Below are positions 18,136-27,618 of a DNA stretch of 64,000 nucleotides, piece after piece. Positions within the stretch are counted from its first letter, which is position 1, and every line of letters starts with the position of its first letter. The position numbers and the translations under genes are program-made. Under the pieces are notes generated by a model. It made no database searches and was not told where the DNA came from. It saw nothing but the letters and a program-made list of their open reading frames with translations. Origin of the DNA: Giardia intestinalis (Eukaryota); NCBI GenBank assembly GCA_000002435.2, contig CM018793.1; one strand, given 5' to 3'.

Positions 18136-21099
18136 TTATTCGCAATGTTCTTCAGAATATTCAGAGAGTATAGTCGTAATACGCGTATATTGATAATACT
18201 TAGCTATTGAAAGGGCAGTCCTGTCATTACATACAGAATGGTGGTATCGATATGATGAATAGTGGTGGTATTGATGTGGAGCCTTCATTCCCTTTTCGTA
18301 CTTTACAAGCTCTTGTACAACACTTTGTTGTTTAAATAGAGTAGCAAACATAAGTGCTGTAAAACCTTTGGGAAAAGGATAGTCGTTTTTTCCACTTTTG
18401 TAACATCCATTAGACGTAGTTTGCATTCTTTGCTGAAGAGGAATAAGAGCTAATACTGTAGAAACATCCCCTCCGGCAGCAGCTCGCATGAGTGCGGTGA
18501 CACCATCTTCATCTGTTGGATTTATAAGTTCCACCATATCCCTATGACCTGCCTTAGCAGCGAAAATAAGGGCAGTATTTCCTTCTTTATCTACCGCATC
18601 TTTTTCATGAAGATACTTCTTAACTGTTAGCAGATCTCCTTCAATAACTGCACACATAAGTGACGTCCACGAAGAATCTTTTTCGTATTTCAATAACATA
18701 GTGATAATATCCTTATGCTTATTATTAAAAGCGTGCATAAGAGCGGTCTGTCCACTGTTATCTTTTAGACCTTTTTGGATTGGTATAAGTAGCTTCACCA
18801 TCTCTGCATCTCCTCTGGCAGCAGCTCGCATGAGTGCGGTGACACCATTCCCGTCTGTCGGATCTTCACTCTTTATAAAGGCCTCGATATCTTTTGTATG
18901 CTCACTCTTGAAAGCGTAGTATAGAACATTACGATTCTGCTTATCTTTGAGTCCCCGCTCATGGCTGAGGAGGATTTCCATGATTTCATTGTGACCTTTC
19001 TGCATGGCCCACATGAGAGCAGATATTCCAGCATCGTCTTGTCGTCCCTTTTCGTGAAGGTTTTCTTTGACTGCACAAACATCGCCGAGATATGCAAAAT
19101 AGATGAGATTTGTCCATCCTGAGGCGCCACCCTCATGTTTCATCAGAAGCTTCACGACCTCGTCCCTTCCGTTCTGAGCAGCAATGATGAGGGCTGTCTG
19201 GCCCTGTTTGTCCTTATGGCCCTTCTCGTCGAGGTGCTGGGACGCCATGTCTATATCTCCAAGAGCTGCGGCGCACATGAGCATTGTCCACCCTACAACG
19301 TCCTTCTCATAGTCCATGAGGAATTTCGTTATTTTCCTGTGACCAGTCTGGGCAGCATAGATAAGAGCTATACATTTGTTTTCATCTCTTATTCCCTTCT
19401 CATGCTCAGCAAGGATATTGACTATCTTGAACCGTTTATCTTTCACTGCCATCATAAGAGCGGTGCAACCATGCAAATCTTTAAAGCCATACTCATATTG
19501 GGCAATTACTTTGATAGTTTCTATATGCGAATTAATTGTAGCAATCATCAAGGCCGTGTTGCCTTTGCTATCAGTCAGACCCTTTTCATATGGAACTAGA
19601 ATAGAAGCCATCTCCGTGCATCCTTTCTCTGCAGCAATCATCAAGGCGGTACGGTTGTTAGCTCTTTGTCCACATTCATAACGGACAAGAACTTTGACCA
19701 CTTCAGGATGGTTATTATGCATAGCATGCATGAGCGCGGTCCAGCCATTATTGTCCTGGAGGCCCTTCTCCTTCTCGGCAAGCAGCTCAACGGGGCCCAC
19801 GTGCCCCTGCTGGGCTGCGTGCATGAGGGCCGTCATTCCCTGCTCGTCACGTCTGCTGATGCCAATCCTCTCATTGACCAGCATTCGAACAGTCTCCGTG
19901 CTATTCGTGTGTGCGGCACGCATCAGCCTGGTGAGGATAATAAGCTCATTAGACGCTTTCAAGGCAGATATCACTTTTTCCAGGCCTACGATTTTCTTCT
20001 CGAGCATACCTATCTTAGAATATTGCTGATTGCAATGTTTTTTAAACTTGGCTATTCCAGCTACTTTTACGTCGAGATCTTTTTGGAGAGATGCTATTTG
20101 AATACGTTGATTTGTATTTGTCTGTGCAGACTCGTTCAGGGCTGCTTCTAAGCACTTACATTTATCAGCCAGCATGTCACATTGTTTAATCACCATGTTA
20201 ATTTGAGAATGTAGTTGTTCCGTGCGCTGGTATATCAGTATTGTGGCATCGGCATTGTTCCGTAGCTCTAGCATATGTACAAGCTCGTCTGCTGTAATAC
20301 GGTCTTCTGGCGTCAGAACAAAAATCCTTTTTAGGAGCTCTCTTACAAATATGCTTGACACAGAGCTAAGGTCAGGTGCCCAGTTGTCAGTAAACATAGC
20401 TCCGCTGGGATCGCTACGCGAAAATGCAGGCCTAGTTCCAGTTACAAGCTCATATAAAATGACGCCGAGACTCCAAATGTCAGAAGAGGGGCTATACTTT
20501 CTTTCTAAAACAGTCTCTGGTGCAGCGTAGAGTAAGGCATCAACAGGAGTGCTGTTAAACGCTGTCTCATCCTTACAAAGACCAAAATCTGTAATGACAA
20601 CAGCTGTGATATCTTCGTCAGTCAAGATATTAGTTGGCCTTAGATTCTTGTAGAGCATAAGGGGTAAGGAGCCATCTTTCGGACTTGTCTTGTCTGGGCT
20701 GTGAAGATATGCCAGGGCAGAAGCAAGTTGACAGGTGATATCGAGTGACTTTTCAAGAGATATGTTAAGATTTTTTCTCTTATATATTTTAATGACTGAA
20801 TCCAAGGACTGGCTGTATCGTTTCATAAATATGTACAAAAGACCTTCACGCCATACTACTCGCTGATATTTAATAACTCTAGGATGATCCAAGTGTAAGA
20901 AGTGGTTAACGTCTTCTCTCAAGGACTCCAGCCTAGTGGGAGGAACTCCGTCCAGTTGAATTTCTTTAACCACGTCAGTTGGCGAACTCTTGAGGGAATA
21001 AACAGCTCCACAAGAACCTTTCCCAAGAAGGATGTCCATATCATCTACAAGCGTATCCAAAAGGTGTGCTTCCCCGACGCCCTTGATGTCTTCAGTCAT
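18136..21099 (-). CDS. NEK-family protein kinase with C-terminal ankyrin-repeat array (Giardia 'kinase, NEK'), probably a pseudokinase
   Basis: The track start 21117 is TTG. The first ATG is at 21099 (MTEDIKG). Kinase motifs are present: G-loop LGKGSCGAVY, VVKEI, DFG (ITDFGLCKD), APE (YAAPE). The catalytic loop reads YKNLRPTNIL instead of HRDLKPxN. A coiled-coil segment follows, then more than 15 ankyrin repeats (TALMHAAQQGH, TALMIAAEKG, TALMWAMQKGH and others). Confidence 0.85.
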   Translation of the reverse strand: MTEDIKGVGEAHLLDTLVDDMDILLGKGSCGAVYSLKSSPTDVVKEIQLDGVPPTRLESLREDVNHFLHLDHPRVIKYQRVVWREGLLYIFMKRYSQSLDSVIKIYKRKNLNISLEKSLDITCQLASALAYLHSPDKTSPKDGSLPLMLYKNLRPTNILTDEDITAVVITDFGLCKDETAFNSTPVDALLYAAPETVLERKYSPSSDIWSLGVILYELVTGTRPAFSRSDPSGAMFTDNWAPDLSSVSSIFVRELLKRIFVLTPEDRITADELVHMLELRNNADATILIYQRTEQLHSQINMVIKQCDMLADKCKCLEAALNESAQTNTNQRIQIASLQKDLDVKVAGIAKFKKHCNQQYSKIGMLEKKIVGLEKVISALKASNELIILTRLMRAAHTNSTETVRMLVNERIGISRRDEQGMTALMHAAQQGHVGPVELLAEKEKGLQDNNGWTALMHAMHNNHPEVVKVLVRYECGQRANNRTALMIAAEKGCTEMASILVPYEKGLTDSKGNTALMIATINSHIETIKVIAQYEYGFKDLHGCTALMMAVKDKRFKIVNILAEHEKGIRDENKCIALIYAAQTGHRKITKFLMDYEKDVVGWTMLMCAAALGDIDMASQHLDEKGHKDKQGQTALIIAAQNGRDEVVKLLMKHEGGASGWTNLIYFAYLGDVCAVKENLHEKGRQDDAGISALMWAMQKGHNEIMEILLSHERGLKDKQNRNVLYYAFKSEHTKDIEAFIKSEDPTDGNGVTALMRAAARGDAEMVKLLIPIQKGLKDNSGQTALMHAFNNKHKDIITMLLKYEKDSSWTSLMCAVIEGDLLTVKKYLHEKDAVDKEGNTALIFAAKAGHRDMVELINPTDEDGVTALMRAAAGGDVSTVLALIPLQQRMQTTSNGCYKSGKNDYPFPKGFTALMFATLFKQQSVVQELVKYEKGMKAPHQYHHYSSYRYHHSVCNDRTALSIAKYYQYTRITTILSEYSEEHCE

Positions 21100-22487
21100 A
21101 GGATTTTTATTCTTCAAATTTGCAATTATTTAGGAGCTTAAACGACGCTACACGATCTAGACAAGTAAATTCGGAAGTAGAGCATACAAAGAGCTAACTA
21201 GGATAAATGTTCTTTGCCGTTTTTCTATTAAAAAAGTAGAGTAATAAAAGCTGCTCTGAAGAGAGTTGAGACTGAAGTTTTGGGTTGATTGATAAACTTG
21301 TAGTAACTTATATGATCGCATGAACCTTTTATTCTTCAATACTACAGTCAATCCATATTGTCCAAGTGATTGGCTTTTCCATCGAAGTCAATCGATTGAG
21401 GTATATCGTATAGTGACCGAAAGCATGACAGGACAGTGGTGCAAGGTTCCAGTATGCTCGGAAGCCCTTCTATTCGTTCGAATTGCTGCTGAACAGCCAA
21501 GAACCAATTGAGTTCTACTGATGGTAATCGTAACATCCAGGATCATCGAACTCCAGTGCTCCTGAGAACTATAGAATAAGAAGAGATAGATGTGCTAACA
21601 AACTTAGTGGGCAGAGGATTGCCTATGCCATGTGCCAATTGTGGTTCTAAAATGCTGAATATAGAGTTACTGTAGAACAGTTGAGTTGCTTGTGAAGGGG
21701 TGCTTTAAAGCCGTAGGGTAACAGCACCTCGGTAAGAGAAGATAAAGAGGATGTTAGGATCAAGCAGTAAGAGTATTCAATACTAATTGTTGGGTGTAAC
21801 GTACAGCTCTATGATCTGGTAAACGCACGTCTACACTCTACCTCCCTGGTCTGCAACCACAAGCGATTAGCAATAAGCATAATAATAAGCCCTAAGCCAT
21901 CTGGTTGTAGTATTAACGCAATAAGGTACTTTTGGTCTTTAGTCTAAGTAATTGATTGCTTGTTCAAACATAAAACGAATGTGCCCCTAGGGATGTTTAG
22001 GTTGCAAAAGATGGAGTCCCCTCTTTAGCTATCATTGAAAAGTGCATTCTTGTGTGGTTAAAGGGTAGAAGGTGCCAGAAGAGAGGCAATCTCACGGAAT
22101 ATCGACACTTTCCTAAGCTGAGAGAGGTTGCTCTTAGATAGTACGACATATCACACGTTATAATGGTTAAAAGGCAAGGGGTAGAGAGTTACCATTGTAT
22201 TTCACGTCTCGTGTCCTACGTCATGGTAACCTAACTGTTTCGTTCTGACAGCCATCACGTTCATTAAGAATACATCCTTCGTATACAACTAACCCTCTAC
22301 GCCTGTAAATAGCGCCTCCAGTCCTTACCGCTCAGCTAAGGATAGCAGATAAAACGGGGCAACCTACCTTCGCCGAGAAAGCAATTGTAGCTGGTAGGCC
22401 CATACCACTCACTTCATCTCCACAGAAACAAGATCAGACGGTTCTCGTCATTTTTACAAACATTCGTTGTAGGAATTTGTAAATAAA

Positions 22488-22796
22488 ATGGATGACGAAG
22501 GAGACGTCCCCCCAATTGAAAGGAAGCCAGAAGCAGAAGTCAAGCCCGAGCAGGCGCAGAAGATAATGATAAAGGTCTCAGATGAGCACGAAAACGCCAT
22601 TTGCTTCAAGGTTAAGATGACAACCGCCCTCTCCAAAGTGTTCGACGCTTACTGCTCAAAAAATTCACTTCAGCGAGGGGACGTCCGATTTTACTTCAAC
22701 GGTGCTAGGGTATCTGATACGGCAACCCCCAAGAGCCTTGATATGGCTGAAAATGACATCATTGAAGTGATGCGAAATCAGATTGGCGGCCACTAG
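22488..22796 (+). CDS. SUMO: SUMO (small ubiquitin-like modifier) precursor, 102 aa
   Basis: ATG verified (aaataaaATGgatgac). It has the ubiquitin-like beta-grasp pattern IKVSDEHENAICFKVKMTTALSKVFDAYCSK...VRFYFNGARV...DIIEV. The C-terminal QIGG diglycine is followed by one residue (H) to be removed by a SUMO protease. Confidence 0.85.
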   Translation: MDDEGDVPPIERKPEAEVKPEQAQKIMIKVSDEHENAICFKVKMTTALSKVFDAYCSKNSLQRGDVRFYFNGARVSDTATPKSLDMAENDIIEVMRNQIGGH

Positions 22797-22844
22797 GTCT
22801 GTAAACCTATTAACCTAATTGTAGAGGAAAAATAATATACCGTC

Positions 22845-25800
22845 TCAGTGAGTGGCTAGGTCGACAGATGGGGCAATGCTTTCAGGAAGAGACGTTGCAG
22901 GTAAGTCTACGGGGTCTTTGGGTTCTGGAGTAGCCGGTTCCTTGGCATCTGAACAGCTGTCTCTAACATTTGCTGCTGACGATAGCTTTATCTTGCCCAG
23001 TCGCCGACTAGCACGCGTTGACGTAGCTCCTGATGGTACTTCACTGTGGATCTCGCTTGTTGTGCGGCTGATTGCTCGGCTTCCTGTCCTGCTAGTCAGT
23101 CGGCTTCCGCTTTTGCTAACTGATCGGCTCCCACACATGCCGCGTTTGACTTTTTCCTGCCTTGTCTGCGACTTGGTAATCGGAGTCCCATTAAGGAGTA
23201 TCTCTTCAGCCGAATCCTCATGAGACTGATGAGTATTCACCTCGCCCTCTTCCTTCTGTAGCTCTAGGGCAAGGATAGCACCAACTTCCTCTGGATTAAC
23301 ACCTTGGGAGGGAAGCGTGGTATCCTGCATGGCTTCATGAACCTCATTAAGCGGTTGCATCCGGTCAGCCTCCAACTGTGATGGAGACATGACAGTGTCA
23401 TGGAGCTGGGGAGACGGCTGCTCCTTAGATTCAGGCTCTGGTTCGGCCTCGATGACTTGATCGTAAATACTGCTCATTCCATTGACTTCATCTATGGAAA
23501 CTTCAATATTCATTATACTGGCCTGGGCAGTAGCTCTTGGAATCAACGCTTCAGTTGCGTCGAGCATGTCAACAAGGATGGGGATCGCCTGGACAAGTTG
23601 CATTCCTGATGATCGTGCACCGTGGTTCGGCGATGTGGCCCGAGATGCGCCTCTACTGTTTATTGAATTGCCAATCTCTCGCAAAACATCTTGTAGGTCC
23701 TGTATTTCTGGGCTATTAATGTTCTTTATACTGTGTGCCGATGGACCAGCATCCATAGCATCTTCATCGGTTGTCACCTTATGAATCTCTTCTGGTATGC
23801 TTACATTGGTACATCCCACAGCTGGTTGCTGCTGGTGGAGAGAGGCTGTGGCTATCTCAGAGGAATCAGGTGTTGGCTCTCTTGTAAGGCTTTCTTCCTC
23901 TTTTGCAAAACCGGTAGAGTCCTCGGGTTTAGGCTCTTGAGCATGAGAAATAGGGGGGCAAGAGTCATTTGGGTCATCAGGTCGTGGGGGTATGTAGATC
24001 TGGCTGTTTCTTGGTAGTGGGCTCTCTGAAATAGAACTTGTTGCTGCGGGGTTCTCTTGATCAATTGGGACTTCTTTGGTTGCTGTCTCCAGGATTACTT
24101 GAGGCGCAGATGGAAGGGGAGATATAGGTAATGTTGGGGACGCATAATTGGAAGGATGAGCGCTAATCGTAACCAGGGGAGACTCTGACCTGTCCTCTGG
24201 TTGCCGCCTAACACTTCCAGTAAGTTCCTGGAAGGTGTCTGATCCATCCAGCTGCTCGCCTTGAAGCACTGCCCGAACAGAGATCGCAGCAACGGCAGCA
24301 GCTACTGGAGGTCGGGGAACAATAGGCAGTGACGATGATAGACTGTCCCGCACCGAAGTTGCGGTGCATTGGGCATTGGCAGACTCGCTTAGAGAGGTGT
24401 TGTTCAGCACGCTCTCTTCTACAGTGCCAGTAACAACAGACTCGATCTTATTCTCCTTGACCGAACAGTCGATCTTTATTGAATCCACTTTTAGAACAGC
24501 TGTCATGGGGTTGAGCTTTATAGCATCGTGAATGGCTGACGATACAGTATAAGCGATTGAACCCCGCTCCAACTCATGTACGTGCTCTAAATTCGCACCG
24601 GTCACGGAAGCTTCTACCTCGACAGGAAAGCCAGAAGCAGGGTCGGACTCCGAAGTAAGTCCACTGTTCTTGACGGGTTGAACCCGGTGGATCCTAGTAA
24701 CAGTATACGTCTGCTCTGGCGGGGGGACTTGTGGAGAATTTGAACTGTGTATTTGTTTTTTGGACAAAGACGGGCTTTTTCTTTTAGTAATTCGCACGGC
24801 AATTGCTCTTGGTGAGAATAGTTGCTGCTGTGAACTCGCCTTTTTAAGCATGGAATCCTGTAGGTCTGGTTGCGCGCTTGCAATGGAAATATTGCAACAA
24901 TCAGTGCTTGCGTCTATGCCTGATGTGCTATCTCTGACTTTGATTGCCGTTACAGGCTGCGGACTTGTAATGGGGGCATCCGAAGGTGAAGGCGAAGATA
25001 GAGGCAAACCTGCTCTTTCTTCTAGATATGTTCTATCCTGTTTGTCCTGATTCTGTATATTATTTGCAGATATATTAGAAATAGATTTGGTTTTGGGCAC
25101 TCGTTCCAGAATGCAAGACAGAGAAGACACCATTACCTCCTCTTCCATGGTAGTGTGACTATGAGGCTCTGACTCAATAGGACATGTTTTATCTTGCCGT
25201 TCTTTCATAACTACAGTATTAATATGTGTATTTTTTTGAGCAAGCGATAGCTCCTTTGTTGCACGAGCTGTACCCACTGAGAAGGGTAATTCCTCTGTAT
25301 TTTCATTATCTACGTCTACCTCATAAAAGTCTGTTACAGCAGATATTGGAACAGGCTCAACGGCCTGGTGAAAGCAATGTATTGGCGATGGTGATCTATT
25401 AGATATTGCCATATGATCAAGCTTCAGTGTGTTTTGATCTACATGCCTTCCTATTCCTGGCGTCACAGTTGGGGTTATCCCGCACGCAATGGGTAATTCA
25501 GAAAGATATGACAGATCGGTCCGCTGCTTTGCAGATATTGGGATAGTTGTAGGGAAGGTGTCCAGTAAGCTCGCTGCATTACCGCCGCTACAATTAACAA
25601 GCTCATCGCCCACCCCACTAGTAGCAGTCATTCTGCTCAGTTCCACTATTGGGCGAGAGTCTATGACAGTGACAGGCTCGCTAACCGCTGTAAGTGACGC
25701 TCTCTCGTCAATGACAATGCTATCTTGCAGATATATATCCAGGACCCTAGATGTCTGTACAGAGCACTGAGAGAGCTCCGCACCATTTGACTGATATAAG

Positions 25801-26525
25801 TGATGCATAGCTGACGCAGGAAAGTTAATTCCAGTGGGGCTTATAGTATAGCCTAAGAACTGGGACGCGTGCTTGTTTTCGAAATCGGTTGAAAACTTTC
25901 TTATGTCGTCTATGAAATCTTGGCGCTGCGGTAACAACTGATCAAATTGTGAAAGACTTGAGGCGTTTGCGCTCATCGGCGTGCAGAATGGGCATGCTGT
26001 TTCTGCTGACGAGAATATAGAGCCGGAAATAAGCAGAATAAGATATTTGCGATCATCAGTAGAGAGAAGCGATATCTTTCCAGTGTCTGCGAACAGAAAC
26101 TTAAGGAGATCAGATCCTTCTATCCCTGTGGCTAAACACCGATTCAAACAGGTCCTACAACAGGTCCTCAATAGATGGTTATATAGATTTGCCGAACCAG
26201 GGCCGAGGTCGACAACAGTGGTCGGCAAGTGCATCTCAGTACAATCTGGAAAAACCGAAAGGATAAACCCCTGAGTAGACCCCAATGAGCCCAGATCGAT
26301 TAAGAGCTGTTTAAAGAGCTGCGTACTGCATACACATTCCGGCAGTAAATCCTGCAATACAGCCTCGTCGCCCACACCAGCACAATCCTCAAATTTCTCA
26401 AGAGATAGCTCCATGCTGAGCGCTTTAAAGAGATCAACAAGATCTGCCATGCACTGGGACATTGGGCTTCCTATTATATGTTGCAAAAGCCGCAATTTGA
26501 TGTCTAAAAGCCTTGTTGGGTGCAT
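22845..26525 (-). CDS. hypothetical large Ser-rich protein (1,226 aa)
   Basis: The track start 26531 is TTG. The first ATG is 26525-26523 (MHPTRLL). The N-terminal ~200 aa look structured (includes VVDLGPGSANLYNHLL). The rest is long S/T/P-rich low complexity. No family recognised. Confidence 0.5.
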   Translation of the reverse strand: MHPTRLLDIKLRLLQHIIGSPMSQCMADLVDLFKALSMELSLEKFEDCAGVGDEAVLQDLLPECVCSTQLFKQLLIDLGSLGSTQGFILSVFPDCTEMHLPTTVVDLGPGSANLYNHLLRTCCRTCLNRCLATGIEGSDLLKFLFADTGKISLLSTDDRKYLILLISGSIFSSAETACPFCTPMSANASSLSQFDQLLPQRQDFIDDIRKFSTDFENKHASQFLGYTISPTGINFPASAMHHLYQSNGAELSQCSVQTSRVLDIYLQDSIVIDERASLTAVSEPVTVIDSRPIVELSRMTATSGVGDELVNCSGGNAASLLDTFPTTIPISAKQRTDLSYLSELPIACGITPTVTPGIGRHVDQNTLKLDHMAISNRSPSPIHCFHQAVEPVPISAVTDFYEVDVDNENTEELPFSVGTARATKELSLAQKNTHINTVVMKERQDKTCPIESEPHSHTTMEEEVMVSSLSCILERVPKTKSISNISANNIQNQDKQDRTYLEERAGLPLSSPSPSDAPITSPQPVTAIKVRDSTSGIDASTDCCNISIASAQPDLQDSMLKKASSQQQLFSPRAIAVRITKRKSPSLSKKQIHSSNSPQVPPPEQTYTVTRIHRVQPVKNSGLTSESDPASGFPVEVEASVTGANLEHVHELERGSIAYTVSSAIHDAIKLNPMTAVLKVDSIKIDCSVKENKIESVVTGTVEESVLNNTSLSESANAQCTATSVRDSLSSSLPIVPRPPVAAAVAAISVRAVLQGEQLDGSDTFQELTGSVRRQPEDRSESPLVTISAHPSNYASPTLPISPLPSAPQVILETATKEVPIDQENPAATSSISESPLPRNSQIYIPPRPDDPNDSCPPISHAQEPKPEDSTGFAKEEESLTREPTPDSSEIATASLHQQQPAVGCTNVSIPEEIHKVTTDEDAMDAGPSAHSIKNINSPEIQDLQDVLREIGNSINSRGASRATSPNHGARSSGMQLVQAIPILVDMLDATEALIPRATAQASIMNIEVSIDEVNGMSSIYDQVIEAEPEPESKEQPSPQLHDTVMSPSQLEADRMQPLNEVHEAMQDTTLPSQGVNPEEVGAILALELQKEEGEVNTHQSHEDSAEEILLNGTPITKSQTRQEKVKRGMCGSRSVSKSGSRLTSRTGSRAISRTTSEIHSEVPSGATSTRASRRLGKIKLSSAANVRDSCSDAKEPATPEPKDPVDLPATSLPESIAPSVDLATH

Positions 26526-26527
26526 TT

Positions 26528-27601
26528 TCAATTTTTTGGTCTTGGTGCTTCCACCGCTGAGGTCGAATGTGGAGCAGATTTCGAACGAGGATGTAGAGGT
26601 GATTCGCTCTGCAATCGCTGTGTAAATCTTTGCTTAGCATCAGTCTTGTTGGCTCGCTGGATTGCTATTAGGTCTGAAATGGCTTTCTCTCTGTCCTGCA
26701 AAGCCACCAGCTCTTTGAGTGAGACCCTAATTCTCTTCTGTTCTGCATCGAGAAGGGCTTTTCTTGCTTCTTGCTTGCTGACTGTCTGGGCCACAACGCG
26801 GGCCTTGAACCTAGCTTCGGAGTCCAGCATCTGTATTCGCGCTTGGACTATCCTTTGGTGCTTCTCCTCTAATTCTTTATCGTACTCTTCTGAAAGAGTA
26901 GCGTATGCTGCTGCCAGCTCCTGACGTAGTACGGCCACCGATGCTCGTTTGGACTGTTCAAGTTCAGTCTTACGTGTTCTTATGTTTTCTTTGATGCTTA
27001 GGGCCATTTCCATGTTTTGCTTGTGTTGCTTGACAACACTCTTCTCACGCTGCTCTCGTTGCAATCTTTGGTTTTCTTGGCTCCTGACTCGCAAGTTGTG
27101 AGTTCTTTGGGCTTCTTCCAATCTAGTTACCATATTCTTAGCAGATCGCTCCTCTAGCTCCTGCTTGAGTTTCAATCGGTTTATTCTCCTTTTCAATAGT
27201 TCTACGTCTTGCTCGAGTTTGTTTGCTTCATCTTTTCTTTCGTCAATCATTCGTTGGGTAATCGCATTTGCCGGTAGTTGAAAAAGCTTAGCAAGACGTG
27301 CACTTGCTGGTCGTACAGGCTTCGGATCTCTATGAAGTAAATACTCAGTAGCCAAGGCATGATTCTCTAGTTGTAGAGCATCCTTTAACGAAATGACACG
27401 GGGAGAACCAATCCGACCTGATACAGTTACATTACCAGGAACTCGAGAGGCCGTCTCTAGACCGGTCCGAGCTCGCCACAGGGACTGCCCTGCCTTTTCA
27501 AAGACAATATCCTCTAGTTCTACTTCACTTAGGTCGCGAAGCGTAAGAAGATGACCCGAAGCCCTCATTTTACAACACTTCTTTGAATTCATACCATTCA
27601 T
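26528..27601 (-). CDS. hypothetical coiled-coil protein (357 aa)
   Basis: The track start 27634 is GTG. The first ATG is 27601-27599 (MNGMNSKK). There is an extended heptad-rich, K/E/R/Q-rich segment (KLEQDVELLKRRINRLKLKQELEERS...). The TGA stop at 26530-26528 is only 2 nt upstream of the next gene's ATG. Confidence 0.5.
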   Translation of the reverse strand: MNGMNSKKCCKMRASGHLLTLRDLSEVELEDIVFEKAGQSLWRARTGLETASRVPGNVTVSGRIGSPRVISLKDALQLENHALATEYLLHRDPKPVRPASARLAKLFQLPANAITQRMIDERKDEANKLEQDVELLKRRINRLKLKQELEERSAKNMVTRLEEAQRTHNLRVRSQENQRLQREQREKSVVKQHKQNMEMALSIKENIRTRKTELEQSKRASVAVLRQELAAAYATLSEEYDKELEEKHQRIVQARIQMLDSEARFKARVVAQTVSKQEARKALLDAEQKRIRVSLKELVALQDREKAISDLIAIQRANKTDAKQRFTQRLQSESPLHPRSKSAPHSTSAVEAPRPKN

Positions 27602-27618
27602 TAGCTGAACCCTGTAGA

